From an uncultured Actinomycetes bacterium (lineage in GTDB: Bacteria > Actinomycetota > Thermoleophilia > Gaiellales > Gaiellaceae): DNA of 64,000 nt. Positions 55,131 to 63,289 of the stretch are shown in pieces. The translations under genes were made by a program, and so were the position numbers. The DNA is taken from contig CAVPVN010000002.1 of NCBI GenBank assembly GCA_963709265.1, positions 171,756-235,755 of the forward strand, written 5' to 3'. The notes beneath the pieces are model-generated. The model saw nothing but the letters and a program-made list of their open reading frames with translations. It was not told the origin of the DNA and made no database searches. How positions within the stretch are numbered: the stretch's first letter is position 1; each line of letters begins with the position of its first letter.

Positions 55131-56018
55131 CTACCCGAGCCGCTTCAGCGCCGCGCCGAGCGACTGCCCGCCGTCGAGCGTCGGCGCGAACAGGTCGCCG
55201 TGCTCTGCGACGCGCTCGAGGGCGACGGCCATCGTGAACCGCTCGGGGACGACGTCCTCGGTCAGCTCGTCCCAGCGGATCGGCGTGGACACCGGAGCGG
55301 CCGGCTTCGGCCTCACCGAGTAGACGGAGGCGAGAGTCTTGCCGTGGCCGTTCTGGCGGTGATCGAGGAGAACGCCCTCGCGCTTGCGCTTCAGCCACTC
55401 GGTCGTCACGACTCCGGGGTGGTCCGCCTCCAGCCGCCGCGAGACGGCTTCGGCGAAGGCGTACGTGTCGTCGAAGCCGTAGCGGCGCGCGATCGGGACG
55501 AGCACGTGGACGCCGTCGGCGCCGCTCGTCTTCACGTACGAGCGCAGGTCGAGCGACTCGAGCAGCTCGTGCAGCAGGTGCGCGGCGCGGATGCAGAGCG
55601 CGAACTCGCCGTCGGGCGGGTCGAGGTCGAAGACGACGTAGTCGGGACGGTCGGGCCTGTCGACGCGGGAATACCACGCGTTCATGTCGATGCAGTTCAT
55701 CTGCACCATCCACTGCAGCGCCTCGCGCGTGCCGACGAGCGGGAAGTCGACCATCCGCGACTCGCCGGTCCGGCGGACGGTGCGAAACGGGCGGGTCGGG
55801 ATCCAGGAGGGCATCCCCTTCGGCGCCTGTTTCTGGAAGTACGACTCGGTGCCCACGCCCATGGGCATGCGCTTCATGGTGAACGGCCGGCCCCGGAGGT
55901 GGGGGAGGATCGTCGGCGCGATCGTCCCGTAGTACTCGAACAGGTCGCCCTTGGTCACTCCCACGTCGGGGAAGAGCACCCGGTCGGCGCTCGTCAGCCG
56001 GACGTCGCGAGCCAACAC
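55131..56018 (-). CDS. stand-alone LigD polymerase (primase-polymerase) domain protein
   Basis: LTSADRVLFPD.GVTKGDLFEYY, VFDLDP, YVKTSGADGVHVLVP, DHRQNGHGKTLASVYSVRP are NHEJ PolDom motifs. Confidence 0.85.
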   Translation of the reverse strand: MLARDVRLTSADRVLFPDVGVTKGDLFEYYGTIAPTILPHLRGRPFTMKRMPMGVGTESYFQKQAPKGMPSWIPTRPFRTVRRTGESRMVDFPLVGTREALQWMVQMNCIDMNAWYSRVDRPDRPDYVVFDLDPPDGEFALCIRAAHLLHELLESLDLRSYVKTSGADGVHVLVPIARRYGFDDTYAFAEAVSRRLEADHPGVVTTEWLKRKREGVLLDHRQNGHGKTLASVYSVRPKPAAPVSTPIRWDELTEDVVPERFTMAVALERVAEHGDLFAPTLDGGQSLGAALKRLG

Positions 56019-56224
56019 CCCTCCACCTCCCCGGCGCTGCGCAGCTCGGCGACGGTGAAGCGCCTGGACGACTCACGCCCCCACTCGCGCCGGTTGTGGC
56101 GGTGGGCACGGAGCGCGTACCCCACATCGGGATTGTTCCGGCCGCACGCCGCGCAGGCGCCCATGCGCGCGAGTCTATGCCGCAACCCGATCCCGTCCGC
56201 GGCGCCGCGCGGGCCGCGACGCGC

Positions 56225-57577
56225 TCAGGCGGCAGCCCCGGCCAGGTCGGCGAACTTCGCGTACCGGCGCAGGAAGCTCAACTTGACCGAGTCGGTGGGG
56301 CCGTTTCGGTGCTTTGCGAGGATCAGCTCGGCGAGCCCCTGCTGATCGGACTCCTCGCCGTTGTAGTACTCGTCGCGGTAGACGAAGAACACCAGGTCGG
56401 CGTCCTGCTCGATCGAGCCCGACTCGCGAAGGTCGGAGAGGATCGGACGCTTGTCGTGGCGCTGCTCGACGGCGCGCGAGAGCTGTGAGAGCGCCAGGAT
56501 CGGCACATCGAGGTCGCGGGCGAGGACCTTCAGGTTCCGAGAGATCTGCGAGACCTCCTGGACCCTGTTCTCGGCCGTCCCGCCCGAGGTCATCAGCTGG
56601 AGGTAGTCGACGATGATCAGCCCCAGATCCCGCTCGCGCGCCTTCAGCCGCCGCGCCTTCGAACGGAGCTCCATCATCGTGATCGAGCCCGTGTCGTCGA
56701 CGAAGATCGGCGCCTTCATCAGCTTGTCGCACGCGGCGGTGAGACGCGGCCAGTCCTCCTGCGTGAGCTTCCCGGACCGAACGCGCTCGGACTCGACCTT
56801 CGCCTCACTGCACATGAGCCGCTGCGTCACCTCGGCCTTCGACATCTCGAGCGTGAAGAGCGCGACCGGAATCTGGCTGCGGACACCGAGGTTGGCAGCG
56901 ATGCAGAGCCCGAGGGCTGACTTTCCCATCGAGGGGCGCGCCGCGAGGATCACGAGGTTGCCCGGCTGGAAGCCCGACGTGAGCCGGTCGAGCTCGCGGA
57001 AGCCGCACGGGATGCCGGTGACGTCCGCCCCTGCCTCGTAGAGCTTCGTGATCCGCTCGAAGCTCTCGGTGAGGAGCGGCCCGATGTGGGCGAGATCGCC
57101 CCGGACCCGCTCCTGGGAGAGGTCGAAGACGATCTGCTCCGCCTGGTCGACGAGCTCGCTCGTCTCGCCGACGCGCTCGCGGCCGAGCCGGGCGATCTCC
57201 TGGCCGGCGCGAATGAGCCCTCGCAGAGTGGCTGTCTCCTTGACGATGCGGGCGTAGTGCTCGACGTTCGCAGTGGCGGAGACCAGCGCCGCGAGCTCGG
57301 CGACGCGGGCGGTGCCGCCGATCTGCTCGAGCTCGCCCCGCTCCTCGAGCTCGTTCGCGAGCGTGATCGCGTCCACGGGCTCGCCCTTGGCCCACAGCGC
57401 GAGGCAGGTGCGGTAGATCGCGCCGTGCGAGCCGCGGTAGAAATCGGAGGCGTCGACGATCTCGGTGACCGCGCCGATCGCGGTCTCGGAGAGGAGCATC
57501 GCGCCGAGAACCGCCTCCTCGGCCTCGAGGTTCTGGGGTGGCACGTCGCCCAGCGGTGGTGCGTGGGTCGCGCTCAC
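56225..57577 (-). CDS. dnaB: replicative DNA helicase
   Basis: PPQNLEAEEAVLGAML, Walker A ARPSMGKSA, IVDYLQLM, QLSRAVEQR. Confidence 0.95.
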   Translation of the reverse strand: MSATHAPPLGDVPPQNLEAEEAVLGAMLLSETAIGAVTEIVDASDFYRGSHGAIYRTCLALWAKGEPVDAITLANELEERGELEQIGGTARVAELAALVSATANVEHYARIVKETATLRGLIRAGQEIARLGRERVGETSELVDQAEQIVFDLSQERVRGDLAHIGPLLTESFERITKLYEAGADVTGIPCGFRELDRLTSGFQPGNLVILAARPSMGKSALGLCIAANLGVRSQIPVALFTLEMSKAEVTQRLMCSEAKVESERVRSGKLTQEDWPRLTAACDKLMKAPIFVDDTGSITMMELRSKARRLKARERDLGLIIVDYLQLMTSGGTAENRVQEVSQISRNLKVLARDLDVPILALSQLSRAVEQRHDKRPILSDLRESGSIEQDADLVFFVYRDEYYNGEESDQQGLAELILAKHRNGPTDSVKLSFLRRYAKFADLAGAAA

Positions 57578-57659
57578 GGGGCCGGATCAAACCTGTCGCG
57601 GGCGGTCACGTCCAAAACGGCCCACCGTGGTGAGTGACCGACGCAGGAGCAGGGATAAC

Positions 57660-57673
57660 GGAACACATGTTCC
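57660..57673. promoter_or_regulatory. LexA/Cheo-type SOS-box-like palindrome upstream of dnaB
   Basis: GGAACACATGTTCC = GAAC-N4-GTTC, 83-96 nt upstream of the dnaB GTG. On the dnaB strand it is immediately preceded by TATGAT. Confidence 0.45.
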
Positions 57674-57767
57674 CATCATATCCCCAGCACCGGAGGTGTT
57701 CTCCACCGCGAACGCACAGATGGCCCAGGCTGCAATGCCGCTAGGAGCGGACGATTCGTCGCGTCGT

Positions 57768-57793
57768 CCACAGCCGGCGGGTCGCGGCTGTGG
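57768..57793 (-). terminator. second hairpin downstream of rplI
   Basis: CCACAGCCG-gcgggtcg-CGGCTGTGG (9-bp stem). Confidence 0.3.
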
Positions 57794-57820
57794 GCTGTGT
57801 GGAAAGGCCTGTGGACGGCA

Positions 57821-57843
57821 GAGGGCCCCCGCAGGGGGCCCTC
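57821..57843 (-). terminator. GC-rich hairpin immediately downstream of rplI
   Basis: GAGGGCCCCC-gca-GGGGGCCCTC (10-bp stem), 4 nt after the rplI stop. No U-tract. Confidence 0.5.
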
Positions 57844-57846
57844 GCG

Positions 57847-58470
57847 TCAGTCCGCCTCGGCGTCGTCCGGCTCGCCGTCCGGCTGGGGCTCGGCGGCGGG
57901 ATCGTCCTCGACGAGGGCCTCCTCGGTCGCGCGCAGCGCCTCCTCGTGCGCCTCGGCGGCGGCCTCCGCCTCGGCCTGCTCCGCGGCCTCGAGCGCCTGC
58001 AGCTCCTCCTCCGGCGGCAACTCGCCACCCTCCGGCACGACGAGGGTCTTCACCTCGGCGGTGACGCCCTCGAAGACGTGCACCGGGATCGTGTAGCGCC
58101 CGATCCGCTTGATCACGTCGAGGTCGATCTTGCGCCGGTCGACCCGGATCTTGCGCGTCCGCCAGAGCTCCTCGGCGACGTCGGTCGGCGTCACCGAGCC
58201 GAACAGCGCCCCCGTCGGGCCGGACTTGACCTCGAACCGCAGCACGGTCTTCTGGAGCGTCGCCGCGATCTCGGCGGCCTGGTCGGCCGAGCGCGCCTCG
58301 TGACGCGCCCGCTCCTCGTCGATCCGCCTGATCTCGGCGATGCGTCCGGGCGTGGCCACCTCGGCCAGCCGCCGGGGGAGCAGGTAGTTGCGGGCGTAGC
58401 CGCGCTTGACGTCGACGACCTCGCCCTTGAGGCCGAGCTTCTCGACGTCGCTCGTGAGGATGACCTCCAT
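57847..58470 (-). CDS. rplI: 50S ribosomal protein L9 with an acidic C-terminal extension
   Basis: [36 protein letters not shown]. About 60 extra E/A/D-rich residues at the C-terminus. Confidence 0.9.
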   Translation of the reverse strand: MEVILTSDVEKLGLKGEVVDVKRGYARNYLLPRRLAEVATPGRIAEIRRIDEERARHEARSADQAAEIAATLQKTVLRFEVKSGPTGALFGSVTPTDVAEELWRTRKIRVDRRKIDLDVIKRIGRYTIPVHVFEGVTAEVKTLVVPEGGELPPEEELQALEAAEQAEAEAAAEAHEEALRATEEALVEDDPAAEPQPDGEPDDAEAD

Positions 58471-58730
58471 CACGATCCCTGGACGTAGGGGAGGAGGGCC
58501 ATCTCGCGGGCCCGCTTGACCGCTGCCGCGACCTGGCGCTGGTGCCGGCGGCACGCACCGCTGATGCGGCGGTTGCGGATCTTGCCTCTCTCGGAGATGT
58601 AGCGGCGCAGCTGGTTGACGTTCTTGTAGTCCACCTCTGCGACCTTGTCCTTGCAGAAGTGGCAGCTCTTCCGCCGGCCCCCGGTCGCCCCGGGGCCCGG
58701 CCGCTTGCGAGGTTGGGTCTTCGCAGCCAT
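58470..58730 (-). CDS. rpsR: 30S ribosomal protein S18
   Basis: [60 protein letters not shown]. Confidence 0.95.
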   Translation of the reverse strand: MAAKTQPRKRPGPGATGGRRKSCHFCKDKVAEVDYKNVNQLRRYISERGKIRNRRISGACRRHQRQVAAAVKRAREMALLPYVQGS

Positions 58731-58739
58731 GCGGGCCTC

Positions 58740-59180
58740 CTAGAACGGGATGTCGTCGTCGGTCGGGGATGCGGGGAAGTCCCCGGCGGGCGTCGCGGTC
58801 GTGTCGGCAGGGATGTAGCCGCCGCCCGCGCCGGAGCCCTCACCGTCGCCGCGGCCGCCGAGGAACTGGACGGAGTCGGCGACGACCTCGACCGCCTGGC
58901 GCTTGTTCCCCTCCGGCGTCTCCCACTCGCGCCACTCGAGGCGCCCGTCGACGCCGACGGGGCGCCCCTTGGCGAGGTACTGCGCGCAGCGCTCGCCCTG
59001 GTTGCCCCAGACGGTGATGTCGAAGTAGTTCGGCTTGTCGACCCACTGACCGGTCTCGTCCTTGCGCCTCGTGTTGACGGCTAGCCGCAGGTTGCACACG
59101 GCCGTGCCGGACGGCGTGTGGCGCAGCTCGGGGTCCTTCGTCAGATTGCCGACGAGCACGACGCGGTTGATGGAAGCCAT
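58740..59180 (-). CDS. ssb: single-stranded DNA-binding protein
   Basis: INRVVLVGNLTKDPELRHTPSGTAVCNLRLAVN, Gly-rich linker, C-terminal DDDIPF. Confidence 0.95.
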   Translation of the reverse strand: MASINRVVLVGNLTKDPELRHTPSGTAVCNLRLAVNTRRKDETGQWVDKPNYFDITVWGNQGERCAQYLAKGRPVGVDGRLEWREWETPEGNKRQAVEVVADSVQFLGGRGDGEGSGAGGGYIPADTTATPAGDFPASPTDDDIPF

Positions 59181-59182
59181 GG

Positions 59183-59554
59183 TTACTCCTCCTCCAGGGT
59201 GTCCGCGGGCCCGGTCACGGCATCGTCACCGATCGCGGCACCCACCGCTATTGCCTCGGACGGACCCCCCTCGGGGCGACGTGTCGCCAGGTGACGCATC
59301 ACGTCGTCGTCGATCTTGAGCACGCGGGACAGCTCGTCGAGCGTCTCCGGGCTCGAGGTGAAGCTCAGGAGGTGGTAGACGCCCTCCTCCTTCTTGTCGA
59401 TCGGGTAGGCGAGCTTGCGCCGGCCCCACGCGTCGTGGCGCTCGAACGTGCCGCCGCCCTTCTCGATCAGGGCTCGAAGCCGACCCACGACGTCGGACTG
59501 CTTCTCCTCGTCCAGCTCCGGGTCCAGCAACAGCAGAATCTCGTACTCGGTCAC
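59183..59554 (-). CDS. rpsF: 30S ribosomal protein S6
   Basis: YEILLLLDPELDEEKQSDVVGRLRALIEKGGGTFERHDAWGRRKLAYPI. GTG at 59554 preceded by AAGGAAGGAGAA. Confidence 0.9.
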   Translation of the reverse strand: MTEYEILLLLDPELDEEKQSDVVGRLRALIEKGGGTFERHDAWGRRKLAYPIDKKEEGVYHLLSFTSSPETLDELSRVLKIDDDVMRHLATRRPEGGPSEAIAVGAAIGDDAVTGPADTLEEE

Positions 59555-59751
59555 GCGTTCCCGTTCTCCTTCCTTCGGTCTGAGTCGGCCCCGCCGGAGG
59601 TGTGCGGCGCTCGGGAGCGGCGTCGCGCGGCGTGGCAGGAAGCGGCGGAAGGGTAGCAGCGAGCGCGTCGCACGGCCGTTCGGCGACCCCCTCGCCGCCG
59701 GAGACGGGTGGCCCGCCGAGGGCCGCCGTCGCCAGGGACTACGATGCCCGG

Positions 59752-60066
59752 GTGCGGAGGCTCTTCGGCTGGACGGCAGGGCTCGTCGGCATCGCCGCGC
59801 TCGCGCGGCTGCTCGCCCAGCGGCAGGCACGCGTCGGCCGCGCTCCCGCCCCCGCGGTCGACCCCGCCGACGAGCTGCGGCGCAAGCTCGACGAGTCGCG
59901 CTCCGAAGCGGCGCCGGCCGGCGTCTCGCCCGGCCCGTCGACGGCCGTCCACCGGGACGAGCCCGCCGCGCCGGCGGAGACGCTCGACGAGCGGCGCGCG
60001 CGCGTCCACGCGAAGGCCCAGGAGGCGCTCGAGGCGATGGAGGCGCTGCAGGAACCGCCGGCGTGA
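59752..60066 (+). CDS. small membrane-anchored hypothetical protein (104 aa)
   Basis: GTG start. N-terminal helix FGWTAGLVGIAALARLL followed by a charged helical region. The stop overlaps the next start (GTGA). Confidence 0.4.
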   Translation: MRRLFGWTAGLVGIAALARLLAQRQARVGRAPAPAVDPADELRRKLDESRSEAAPAGVSPGPSTAVHRDEPAAPAETLDERRARVHAKAQEALEAMEALQEPPA

Positions 60067-60599
60067 GCGAGCAGCCACCCACCCCAGACGTGGCGGAGAC
60101 CCTCGCGCGCCTCGAGGAGCAGGTCGCGTCGCTCCACGACGAGCTGCGGAAGCTGGGTCACGGCACGACTCTCCCACCGACGGGCGCGGATGCGCCGGCA
60201 CCGGGCAGCTACGCGTGGGTCTCGGCGCTCGACAGCCCCGTCCGGCGGCGGCCGCAGGTTCCGCGGTTGCTGCTCGAGGCATTGTTCCTCGGCGCCGCAG
60301 CCGCCGCGGCGGCGATCGCCGACCTGGACGCGATCGCGATCGCCGGCGTGATGATCGGCGCCTGGGTGCTCGTCGCGCTCATCGAGTGGGCGGCATCCCG
60401 GGCCGACCAGCGACAGGAGCTCCCCGTTTACGCGCCCATCCCCGCGGTTCCGCCGGGCGCCGATCCGGCGTGGTTCACCCCGCCGGTCGAGCAGACTCTC
60501 CTCGATACCTCGGGCGGCGACAACGTCACCGAAGTCACCCGCCTGCCGCCTCGGCTGGACGACCCAGAGTCGACGATCGAGCAGCGGCCCGCCGTCTGA
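60063..60599 (+). CDS. hypothetical membrane protein (178 aa)
   Basis: N-terminal coiled segment, then two hydrophobic helices (LLLEALFLGAAAAAAAIADL / IAIAGVMIGAWVLVALIEWAA). Confidence 0.45.
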   Translation: MSEQPPTPDVAETLARLEEQVASLHDELRKLGHGTTLPPTGADAPAPGSYAWVSALDSPVRRRPQVPRLLLEALFLGAAAAAAAIADLDAIAIAGVMIGAWVLVALIEWAASRADQRQELPVYAPIPAVPPGADPAWFTPPVEQTLLDTSGGDNVTEVTRLPPRLDDPESTIEQRPAV

Positions 60600-60646
60600 G
60601 ACGCTGCGTCGGCGCTCGGTGATTCGAACCTAGGCTTCCGCGGCGC

Positions 60647-62071
60647 GTGCTCTTTCCGACCGCCACTTTCGCCATCTTCTTCCTGGTCGTCCTGCCGCTC
60701 TCGTGGCTGACGATGCCGTGGCCGCACCGCTGGCGGCCGTTCATCATCGCCGCGAGCTACGTCTTCTACAGCTGGTGGGACTGGCGCTTCGTCTTCCTGC
60801 TCGCGGGCTGCACGCTCTGGAACCAGGTGCTCGCGGTGCGCATCTGGCGCTCGCGTGTGCAGTCGCAACGGAAGGCGCTTCTCGTCCTCGCGCTCGCCGG
60901 GAACCTCGGCGTGCTCGGCTACTTCAAGTACTACGACTTCTTCGTCTCCTCGAGTGACAACATGGCCGCGATCGTCGGCCTCGACCTGCCGCTCTCGCTG
61001 AAGTCGGTTGTCCTCCCGGTCGGCATCTCGTTCTTCACGTTCATGGCGATCAGCTACGTCGTCGACGCCTACCGTGGTGACTTCGAGCCGACGACGCTCG
61101 AGAAGTTCGCGGTCTATCTCTCGTTCTTCCCCCACCTCGTCGCCGGCCCGATCGTCCGGCCGTCCGAGCTGATCCCGCAGATCGAGAGCGCGCGCGACCC
61201 GCGCCGGGTCGACACGAGCCGCGCCTTCTACCTGATCGCCACGGGCCTGTTCAAGAAGGTGGTGATCGCGAACTACCTCGCCTCGTCGATCGTCGACCAG
61301 GTGTTTGCGGCACCGGGGCAGCACTCGTCCCTCGAGATCCTGATCGCGGTCTATGCGTACGCCGTCCAGATCTACGCGGACTTCTCCGGCTACACGGACA
61401 TCGCGATCGGGATCGCCTTGCTGCTCGGCTTCCAGTTCCCGCAGAACTTCGACTCCCCCTACGCCGCCGTGTCGGTACAGGACTTCTGGCGGCGGTGGCA
61501 CATGACCCTCTCGCGCTGGCTGCGCGACTACGTCTATATCCCGCTCGGCGGCAACCGCGGCAGCTCGCTGGCGACCTACCGGAACCTGATGCTGACGATG
61601 CTGATCGGCGGGCTCTGGCACGGGGCGGCGTGGACGTTCGTGGTCTGGGGCGGCCTCCACGGGAGCGCGCTCGCCTGGGAGCGGTGGCGCCGCGAGCGAC
61701 GCGACCCGGCCGCCGCGGCGCGCCCCGCGCGGGGTTGGCACGTGTGGCGGGCCCGGATCGTCACCTTCCACTTCGTCTGCTTCGCCTGGATCTTCTTCCG
61801 GTCGGACTCGTTCGGGGCCGCGTGGGACATGATCGAGGGGCTGTTCACGAACTGGGGCGGCCCGTCGCCGCTCGTGACGACCGGCGTCCTGCTCGCGATC
61901 CTCGTCGGGATCGGCTCGCAGTACCTGCCCGCGCGGATCCCACGGCTCGTCATGGCCCGCTTCTCGCGCCTGCCGGTCCTCGGGCAGGCGACGGTCCTCG
62001 CGCTGGCGCTGATGGTGACGAGCGTCCTCGGCCCGGAGGGCGTGGCACCCTTCATCTACTTCCAGTTCTGA
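60647..62071 (+). CDS. MBOAT family O-acyltransferase (AlgI/DltB/PatA-like)
   Basis: Polytopic. ISFFTFMAISYVVD, FWRRWHMTLSRWLRDYVYIPLGGNR, and LWHG with the catalytic His. Confidence 0.9.
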   Translation: MLFPTATFAIFFLVVLPLSWLTMPWPHRWRPFIIAASYVFYSWWDWRFVFLLAGCTLWNQVLAVRIWRSRVQSQRKALLVLALAGNLGVLGYFKYYDFFVSSSDNMAAIVGLDLPLSLKSVVLPVGISFFTFMAISYVVDAYRGDFEPTTLEKFAVYLSFFPHLVAGPIVRPSELIPQIESARDPRRVDTSRAFYLIATGLFKKVVIANYLASSIVDQVFAAPGQHSSLEILIAVYAYAVQIYADFSGYTDIAIGIALLLGFQFPQNFDSPYAAVSVQDFWRRWHMTLSRWLRDYVYIPLGGNRGSSLATYRNLMLTMLIGGLWHGAAWTFVVWGGLHGSALAWERWRRERRDPAAAARPARGWHVWRARIVTFHFVCFAWIFFRSDSFGAAWDMIEGLFTNWGGPSPLVTTGVLLAILVGIGSQYLPARIPRLVMARFSRLPVLGQATVLALALMVTSVLGPEGVAPFIYFQF

Positions 62072-63246
62072 TGGCCGAACGCCCGCTGCCACCGCTCCCG
62101 CCGCTGCCCGAGGACGAGACCCGCACGCTCGAACGGGCCACGGCCGCCCCCGCCGAGCGCCCGGCTGCGCCACGTGAGAGGCCGCGCGCCCCGCGCGACG
62201 AGGGCCCACGGCGGCGGCAGTGGAGCGCGGGGCACGCACTCGTCGTGTGCGTGCTCGCGCTCGTGATCGGGCTGCTGCTCAATGCGCCGGGCATCCACAA
62301 GTCGGCCTACAACAAGCCCGACGGCCGGCAGCGAGACGTCGCCCTCGCGCTCACCGGGCCACTCGCAGGCGTGAGCCACGCGCTGCTCCTCGACCGCCCG
62401 CGCAAGGGCGTCCAGGCGCTCGTCGGCCGGTCGGGCGCAGACGAGATCCACACGGACATCGGCCTTCCCGCCCCCGCGCCTGCGGGCAAGCCGAGCCGCA
62501 CTCCGACCCCGACGACGCCGCCGGTGTCGACGCCCTCGAAGCCGAGAAAGCTCGCCTTCTCGCCCAAGCGCAAGCTGCGGATCTGGGTCGCCGGCGACTC
62601 CCTCGTGATCACGCCCGGCTACGCGATCGTACGCGCGGCCGGCACGAGCCCGGCGATGGAGCCGGTTGGGACCGTCGATGGACGGATCGCGACGGGGCTC
62701 ACGCGCCCGGACGTTTTCAACTGGTTCGACGAGATCCGGTCCCGAGTGAAGGAGCTTCGCCCGCGCGCGGTTGTGCTCGGCTTCGGCGGGAACGACGACA
62801 AGGCATACATGACGGGGCTGCCGGACGGCACCTCGATCGGCGACTTCGGCAGCTGGTCGTGGCGCCGGGAGTACGCGCGGCGGGTCGGCGGCCTGATGGA
62901 CGCGATCAACCGGGCAGGAGCCTTCGTCGTCTGGATCGGCCTCCCGCAGACGCGCTCGGCCGCGCAGACACAGCGCTTCGACGTCGTCAACGCCGTCGTC
63001 GAGAAGGAGGCCCGCAAGCGCGAGGGCCGGGCGACTTACGTCGACACGTACACGATGTTCGCCGGGGACGACGGCGGCTACGCCCAGTACCTCGCGGATG
63101 GATCGGGCCAGCTCCGCAGGGTGCGCGCCGACGACGGCGTCCACTTCGAGCGCGAGGGTGGCGACATCATCGCCCGCGTCGTCCTGAAGGCGCTCAACAA
63201 GCAGTTCGACCTCACGAGCTGGCGCAAGAAGCAGCCGAGCGGCTGA
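62071..63246 (+). CDS. SGNH/GDSL-like hydrolase family protein with N-terminal membrane anchor (MBOAT partner)
   Basis: Pro-rich N-terminus and TM helix (ALVVCVLALVIGLLL), then IWVAGDSL, LGFGGND and ADDGVHF blocks. The ATG overlaps the MBOAT stop by 1 nt. Confidence 0.7.
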   Translation: MAERPLPPLPPLPEDETRTLERATAAPAERPAAPRERPRAPRDEGPRRRQWSAGHALVVCVLALVIGLLLNAPGIHKSAYNKPDGRQRDVALALTGPLAGVSHALLLDRPRKGVQALVGRSGADEIHTDIGLPAPAPAGKPSRTPTPTTPPVSTPSKPRKLAFSPKRKLRIWVAGDSLVITPGYAIVRAAGTSPAMEPVGTVDGRIATGLTRPDVFNWFDEIRSRVKELRPRAVVLGFGGNDDKAYMTGLPDGTSIGDFGSWSWRREYARRVGGLMDAINRAGAFVVWIGLPQTRSAAQTQRFDVVNAVVEKEARKREGRATYVDTYTMFAGDDGGYAQYLADGSGQLRRVRADDGVHFEREGGDIIARVVLKALNKQFDLTSWRKKQPSG

Positions 63247-63289
63247 CCGCCCGCGCGGGGCCGGTGCCGGCGGGTCGTAGAGTCCCCGC

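Noticed and set aside
55994-56185. 63-aa minus ORF (MRHRLARMGACAACGRNNPDVGY...) upstream of the LigD PolDom gene.
   Set aside because: It is Arg-rich, lacks a convincing Shine-Dalgarno motif, and overlaps the PolDom start. It is mentioned in a finding but not called as a feature.
60611-60646. A GGTGATTCGAACCTAGG segment resembling a tRNA T-arm.
   Set aside because: The intergenic space is only about 47 nt, with no acceptor or anticodon arms. It is too short for a tRNA.
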